From positions 793 to 64,792 of the forward strand of contig CAUZMC010000001.1 of the NCBI GenBank assembly GCA_963580875.1: a DNA stretch of 64,000 nt, in the 5' to 3' direction. Position numbers and translations under genes: made by a program. Shown piece after piece: positions 59,792-64,000 of the stretch (position 1 is the first letter of the stretch; every line of letters starts with the position of its first letter). The notes beneath the pieces are model-generated. The model ran no database searches. It was not told where the DNA came from and was given only the letters and a program-made list of their open reading frames with translations. The DNA comes from Dehalococcoidia bacterium. Lineage in GTDB: Bacteria > Chloroflexota > Dehalococcoidia > Lucifugimonadales > UBA2985.

Positions 59792-61123
59792 ATGTTTGAA
59801 TCACTCTCAGGAAAACTCAATACTGTCTTCGCTCGTCTTTCCAGCAAGGGTCGTCTTACGGAGAAAGAGGTGGAAGACAGTCTCAGGGAGATTCGTTTGG
59901 CCTTGTTGGAGGCTGACGTCAACTTCCGTGTGGCGCGTGACTTTGTTCAAAAGATCAGAGAGCGTGCCGTGGGTAGCCAGGTACTTGAAAGTCTCAGTCC
60001 TGGCCAGCAGATTGTGAAGATAGTAAACGAGGAGCTCATCACCATTCTTGGTGGCGAACATTCTAGATTAGTTGGGTCTGACCGACCTCCTGCTGTCTTG
60101 ATGTTGGCCGGTTTACAGGGATCCGGAAAAACCACCACTGCTGCCAAATTGGCGCTCCATCTTAAGCGTGACGGCCATCGTGTTCTGCTTGTGGCTGGAG
60201 ACCTTCGCCGTCTTGCAGCGGTGGAGCAGTTGGAAACCCTCGGCAAACAGATGGACGTGACCGTGTACAGCGAAGGGCCAGACTCCAGCGCGTTGCAGGT
60301 GTGTAGACATGGTATACAGAAGGCAAGGGATATAGGGGCGACTTGGGTTATCCTCGACACTGGAGGAAGACTGCATATAGACGACGAGATGATGGAGGAG
60401 CTGGAAGAGATAAAAACGGCCACTTCGCCATCAGAGCTTCTCCTAGTTGTGGATGCTATGACGGGCCAGGACGCTGTTAATTCAGCCCAGAGCTTCCACG
60501 AAAGAATAGGACTTACTGGTCTTATCATTAGCAAATTGGACGGCGATGCCCGTGGAGGATCTGTCCTTTCGATCGCACAGGTTACGGGTCTGCCAGTGAA
60601 GTTTATCGGTACTGGAGAAAGAGCCGAAGCCCTTGAGCCTTATCATCCTGACCGCATTGCTTCTCGTATTCTTGGCATGGGAGATATCCTCACACTTGTG
60701 GAAAAAGCCCAGAAAAACATGGATCAAAATCGCGTCAAGGAGATGGAACGCAAGATACGTAGCGCAACATTCAACCTTGAGGACTTCTTGGAACAGCTCC
60801 ACCAGATAAAACGCATGGGGCCGCTTAGCCAGGTGATGGATATGATACCGGGCTTTTCTTCGATTTCCAAACGTATGTCACCGGAAGAACTGGACGGCGA
60901 CCACATGAAATCTTTGGAGGCCATTGTCTATTCTATGACTCCTGGGGAGCGCCGTAACCCAGATGTTCTCAACGGCAGTCGGAGGCGTAGGATCGCAAAG
61001 GGTAGTGGCACTACACCACAGGATGTGAACCAGCTGCTCAACCAGTTCCGTCAGATGCAGAAGATGATGAAACAGATGTCCTCAGGCAAAATGCCGCGCG
61101 GTATCAGGGGCATGTTCGGATAA
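59792..61123 (+). CDS. ffh: Signal recognition particle protein
   Basis: The start 'MFESLSGKL', 'GLQGSGKTTT', 'DTGGRLH' and the Met-rich M domain 'QMQKMMKQM' are present. Trimmed to ATG 59792. Confidence 0.95.
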   Translation: MFESLSGKLNTVFARLSSKGRLTEKEVEDSLREIRLALLEADVNFRVARDFVQKIRERAVGSQVLESLSPGQQIVKIVNEELITILGGEHSRLVGSDRPPAVLMLAGLQGSGKTTTAAKLALHLKRDGHRVLLVAGDLRRLAAVEQLETLGKQMDVTVYSEGPDSSALQVCRHGIQKARDIGATWVILDTGGRLHIDDEMMEELEEIKTATSPSELLLVVDAMTGQDAVNSAQSFHERIGLTGLIISKLDGDARGGSVLSIAQVTGLPVKFIGTGERAEALEPYHPDRIASRILGMGDILTLVEKAQKNMDQNRVKEMERKIRSATFNLEDFLEQLHQIKRMGPLSQVMDMIPGFSSISKRMSPEELDGDHMKSLEAIVYSMTPGERRNPDVLNGSRRRRIAKGSGTTPQDVNQLLNQFRQMQKMMKQMSSGKMPRGIRGMFG

Positions 61124-61438
61124 GGTAAAGTTTCAACCGGTTGGGGTAGTGGTCTGGCACACATTGTGAGTAGTGCTAAGTGACAGATCTTTGTTTATAT
61201 GTGCAAGATAGCGTTGCCGTGGCTCCAACCTGTCAGGTTATTCCTCAGATATTGGAAGAAAAGCACGATTCAGGTATGTTATAGGTAGGCTATAAATTTC
61301 AGGTTTTATGCAGGCATATCATGGTAGGCATTGCCTGCCGAAGCTATTATGGTATAAAGATGGAATGTTCGTGGAGTACGAGCATGATGAGAATATCTGC
61401 AATTTGCTACGCACAGAGAGGTGCCACTAGTAAGTCAA

Positions 61439-62332
61439 TCAGTTCTGATTGAACTGGTCGCCCAACTGATTCAGAAAGGATTGAATCTCTGGCGAAAGCT
61501 CCGGATCCTCCTCGGCCCTGCCTTCTTCCATACGTCTGACTCTATCCTCGTATTGACGCTCCAACTGTTCTACCAGGGCCTTCACCTCTGTGCTGCGATT
61601 CATGGCAGAGGATATCTCCTCGTTTTGTTGCTTGGATCGGAGTTTGACTCTTTCCAGATCCATGTCAAAGTCGTATAGCTTGCATATTAATTCGAGGAGG
61701 CGTAGACGGCCAGTATGATCCACATCCATCTGGGCATATTGGGGCAGATGAGCTATCAGTCCCATTGTCTCAATACCCAGGTTTGTTGCTTCTTGGGCGA
61801 TTAGAGAGGCGATGCTGGTTGGCCCTTCGTAGCTGCTGGAATGTATGCCTAGGCTTTTAACCTGTTGCAGTGTGGCTTCTCCAGAGGCAGATCCTGTTAC
61901 AAGTATTGGCTTGGTATGTGGAACCAAGTCATACATGGCTCCGAGGAGACAGTATCTCTTAACATTGAACTTCTCCAGTAGTTTTACAATCGAGTGAACG
62001 TAACTTTCGCCGTTCAAGTGAGGTTCCAGTAGGTGTAAGAATATGAAATCGTTGTCTCTTGGTCCATGTGCGTATCTGACATTCACGGTCGGCACGGTCA
62101 CATTACGTTGTCCTTCAACGGTGTAGATGGTTGGGCGATATCTGGTGAAATCGAAGAAGGTACCGGGTCTAGAGAGTTTGGCTAGTTCCTGGGCCTGGAA
62201 GTGGCGTTCCAGGCTGCGGAATGAGAGACGTCCAACGCTTCCGACGTCCACCCAGGGACGGAGAGTGGCAAAGACATGGGGGTTACGTAGCTCTGGTATG
62301 GGTTCTTCTATTTCAAATGGCCCGAATTTCAT
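61439..62332 (-). CDS. PAC2-family (proteasome assembly chaperone-like) protein
   Basis: 297 aa. The N-terminus 'L.NP..FA.L.PW.DVG' and the overall pattern resemble bacterial PAC2/DUF75 proteins, and the C-terminal tail is a charged coiled coil. The family call is by eye only. Confidence 0.6.
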   Translation of the reverse strand: MKFGPFEIEEPIPELRNPHVFATLRPWVDVGSVGRLSFRSLERHFQAQELAKLSRPGTFFDFTRYRPTIYTVEGQRNVTVPTVNVRYAHGPRDNDFIFLHLLEPHLNGESYVHSIVKLLEKFNVKRYCLLGAMYDLVPHTKPILVTGSASGEATLQQVKSLGIHSSSYEGPTSIASLIAQEATNLGIETMGLIAHLPQYAQMDVDHTGRLRLLELICKLYDFDMDLERVKLRSKQQNEEISSAMNRSTEVKALVEQLERQYEDRVRRMEEGRAEEDPELSPEIQSFLNQLGDQFNQN

Positions 62333-62374
62333 GGATATATGTTACCACAGGATTCACACAAATCGCGCTTGTGT

Positions 62375-62434
62375 CTTCGTTCATAACAAACAAGCGCCTC
62401 ACGTTATGGAGGCGCTTGTTTGTTATGAACGAAG
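62375..62434 (-). terminator. Very long perfect hairpin downstream of sodN
   Basis: 26-bp perfect stem (62375-62400 pairs with 62409-62434) with an 8-nt loop, starting 37 nt beyond the sodN stop. No U-tract follows, so the terminator function is inferred. Confidence 0.45.
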
Positions 62435-62470
62435 ATTGCAATGTCTGCGAGAGGCTAGCGAAGCTGGGAA

Positions 62471-62968
62471 CTATGAACCGAAACGAACATCTGACACGGT
62501 ATCCTGCCAGACGGTGTTCTTGGTGGCCCAGAAGGTCTCGGCTAGCTTGTCCACTGTTGCTACTAGATCTTTTGAGGCATCAAGGTCAACTCTCTGTTTG
62601 TTGGCGCCGCAGAGCTTTGCAGCCTTCCAGAAAGTGTCGTGTAGGTCTGGGTATTTCTCAAGATGCTCAGGCTTGAAGTAGTCGCTCCAGAGAATCGAGA
62701 GTTCATTCTTGCAGACTTGTGCATGTTCTTCTTTGACGGTTACAAGGCGCCCGAGGGTATTCTCATAGGTAGCCCAAGCGTCGGAGCTGTCGCCAGATTC
62801 CGGTTTTTTAAGCGCTTGGATTCGGATTACCATTTTCTGTACAGTCTGGGCTGCTATCTTGGCTGTGATGGGATCGTAAATTCCGCAGGGAATATCGCAG
62901 TGAGCATATCCATTTTCCGATGGGAACGCCCTGATAATTGCGCTGACAGCTTGTCTGAATATAGACAT
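62471..62968 (-). CDS. sodN: Nickel superoxide dismutase precursor
   Basis: The nickel hook 'HCDIPCGIYDP' is preceded by a 22-aa leader (MSIFRQAVSAIIRAFPSENGYA), and 'LWSDYFKPEHLEKYPDLH' is also present. Trimmed to ATG 62968 with AGGAG 9 nt upstream. Confidence 0.88.
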   Translation of the reverse strand: MSIFRQAVSAIIRAFPSENGYAHCDIPCGIYDPITAKIAAQTVQKMVIRIQALKKPESGDSSDAWATYENTLGRLVTVKEEHAQVCKNELSILWSDYFKPEHLEKYPDLHDTFWKAAKLCGANKQRVDLDASKDLVATVDKLAETFWATKNTVWQDTVSDVRFGS

Positions 62969-63240
62969 GTTTACATCTCCTAACAAAATGGATTTAAGTA
63001 GTCTATAGTTTAAATGAATGAGCTGATATTGCCAAGTGGCAAGATATATCTTTACTGGCACATTGTACTGGCTTCTCTGGTATCCTCCCAGTATCTAGGT
63101 TTATTGCTTTTGCGTATTTAATACGGCAGTATTTATATGCAATGGGACGCCGAGAACGTCGCGCACGATCAAGCTATCAGCCTTTAACCAGTTGGAGACA
63201 ATCGAAACACCATCGTTGAAATGAAGGTGTCGAGCCCCAG

Positions 63241-64000
63241 TCATACTCCCCACATTTTGTAAAATGCATAAAAGTGATTGAGGGGTCCGTGGCCACCACC
63301 CATTGCAAAAGTGTTTCGTATGGACGCGGTAACATATTCTTTGGCTCGTGTCACAGCGTCTTCAACAGCCATACCTTGTGCTAAACCCGCAGCGATGGCC
63401 GAGGCGAATGTGCAGCCAGTACCGTGTGTGCTTGTTGTATCAAGCCTAACAGCTGAGAACTCTCGAAGCTTACATCCATCGTATAAAACATCCACCGCAT
63501 TGCCCTTGAGATGCCCGCCTTTTACCACAGCGCTTTTTGCACCCATCGCAACAATATCCATAGCCGCCTGTCTTGCGTCCTCAAGTGACTCTACTCCGCG
63601 ATCTAGAAGCACGGCCGCCTCGGGAAGATTTGGAGTTACAACCGTAGCCAGAGGGATCAGTACGTTCCTTAGAGTTTCTACAGCAGCCGCCTGAAGCAGA
63701 TTGTCTCCGCCTTTTGCTATCATTACTGGGTCAACTACTATGTTAGAGAAGCTATATTCCCTAGCCTTATCGGCCACTGCTTTAATAATAAGTGAGTTGG
63801 CTAGCATACCAGTCTTGACAGCATCTGTGCCTATATCAGCAATAATGGCATCAATCTGAGCGCACACTAAGTCTGGTGGTAGTTCCAGTACCGATGTCAC
63901 GCTGAGCGTATTTTGTGCGGTGATTGCCGTTATGGCCGATGTTCCGTACACGCCAAGAGCGGCAAACGTTTTTAGGTCTGCCTGGATTCCAGCTCCGCCA
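63241..64000 (-). CDS. thiD: Hydroxymethylpyrimidine/phosphomethylpyrimidine kinase (N-terminus outside the window)
   Basis: The frame stays open to the window edge, and the reverse complement of 63952-64000 reads [19 protein letters not shown]. Motifs 'TAITAQNT', 'VDPVM' and 'THGTGCTF' are present. Confidence 0.9.
   Translation of the reverse strand, partial: GGAGIQADLKTFAALGVYGTSAITAITAQNTLSVTSVLELPPDLVCAQIDAIIADIGTDAVKTGMLANSLIIKAVADKAREYSFSNIVVDPVMIAKGGDNLLQAAAVETLRNVLIPLATVVTPNLPEAAVLLDRGVESLEDARQAAMDIVAMGAKSAVVKGGHLKGNAVDVLYDGCKLREFSAVRLDTTSTHGTGCTFASAIAAGLAQGMAVEDAVTRAKEYVTASIRNTFAMGGGHGPLNHFYAFYKMWGV

Noticed and set aside
61124-61438. Possible SRP RNA or other ncRNA downstream of ffh ('CCTGTCAGGT...GGAAGAAAAGCA' around 61235-61290).
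   Set aside because: There is only a superficial resemblance to the SRP RNA helix-8 motif (GUCAGGUCCGGAAGGAAGCAGC). The GGAA tetraloop context and the symmetric-loop pairing are not reproduced.

Overview
The window is a gene-dense, almost entirely housekeeping stretch of a bacterial chromosome. By eye it is mid-GC, and its gene content (split GcvP, KorAB, NiSOD, UPF0182, PAC2, ArgJ) suggests a Chloroflexota- or Actinomycetota-like lineage, but I cannot resolve the taxon from sequence alone. I support about 58 protein genes, 2 tRNAs and several hairpin terminators. I saw no rRNA, CRISPR array, transposase, integrase or prophage. Recognisable blocks are: gcvPA-gcvPB / GT20 / lipA; metG-rsmI-lepA; oppDF with tRNA-Lys and tRNA-Leu; thiL-tsaE-tsaB-ndk / rsfS / mnmA; rnhB; thiE; ccmE; korAB divergent from citrate synthase; a long minus-strand arginine operon (argJ-argB-UPF0182-argD-argG-argH-TIR-rpe); pncB; an SbcC/Rad50-like ATPase; a plus-strand SAM by-product salvage array (hpt-ade-HAD-mtnA-mtnP-rhodanese-adoK-ahcY-metK); a GDP-mannose triad; ffh; PAC2; sodN; thiD. 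Five things look most worth a second look. (1) A standalone TIR-domain gene is translationally coupled between argH and rpe. (2) The large uncharacterised membrane protein UPF0182 sits inside the same arg operon. (3) Two tandem desulforedoxin-like micro-ORFs are missed by the 60-aa ORF cut-off, and one has a Cys-to-His ligand change. (4) A short SbcC/Rad50-like ATPase has no adjacent nuclease and is followed by about 0.6 kb of poorly coding DNA. (5) An ~0.8 kb ORF-free divergent region lies between korAB and citrate synthase. None of these is proven novel. All functional calls rest on motif recognition by eye and need HMM or structure confirmation.
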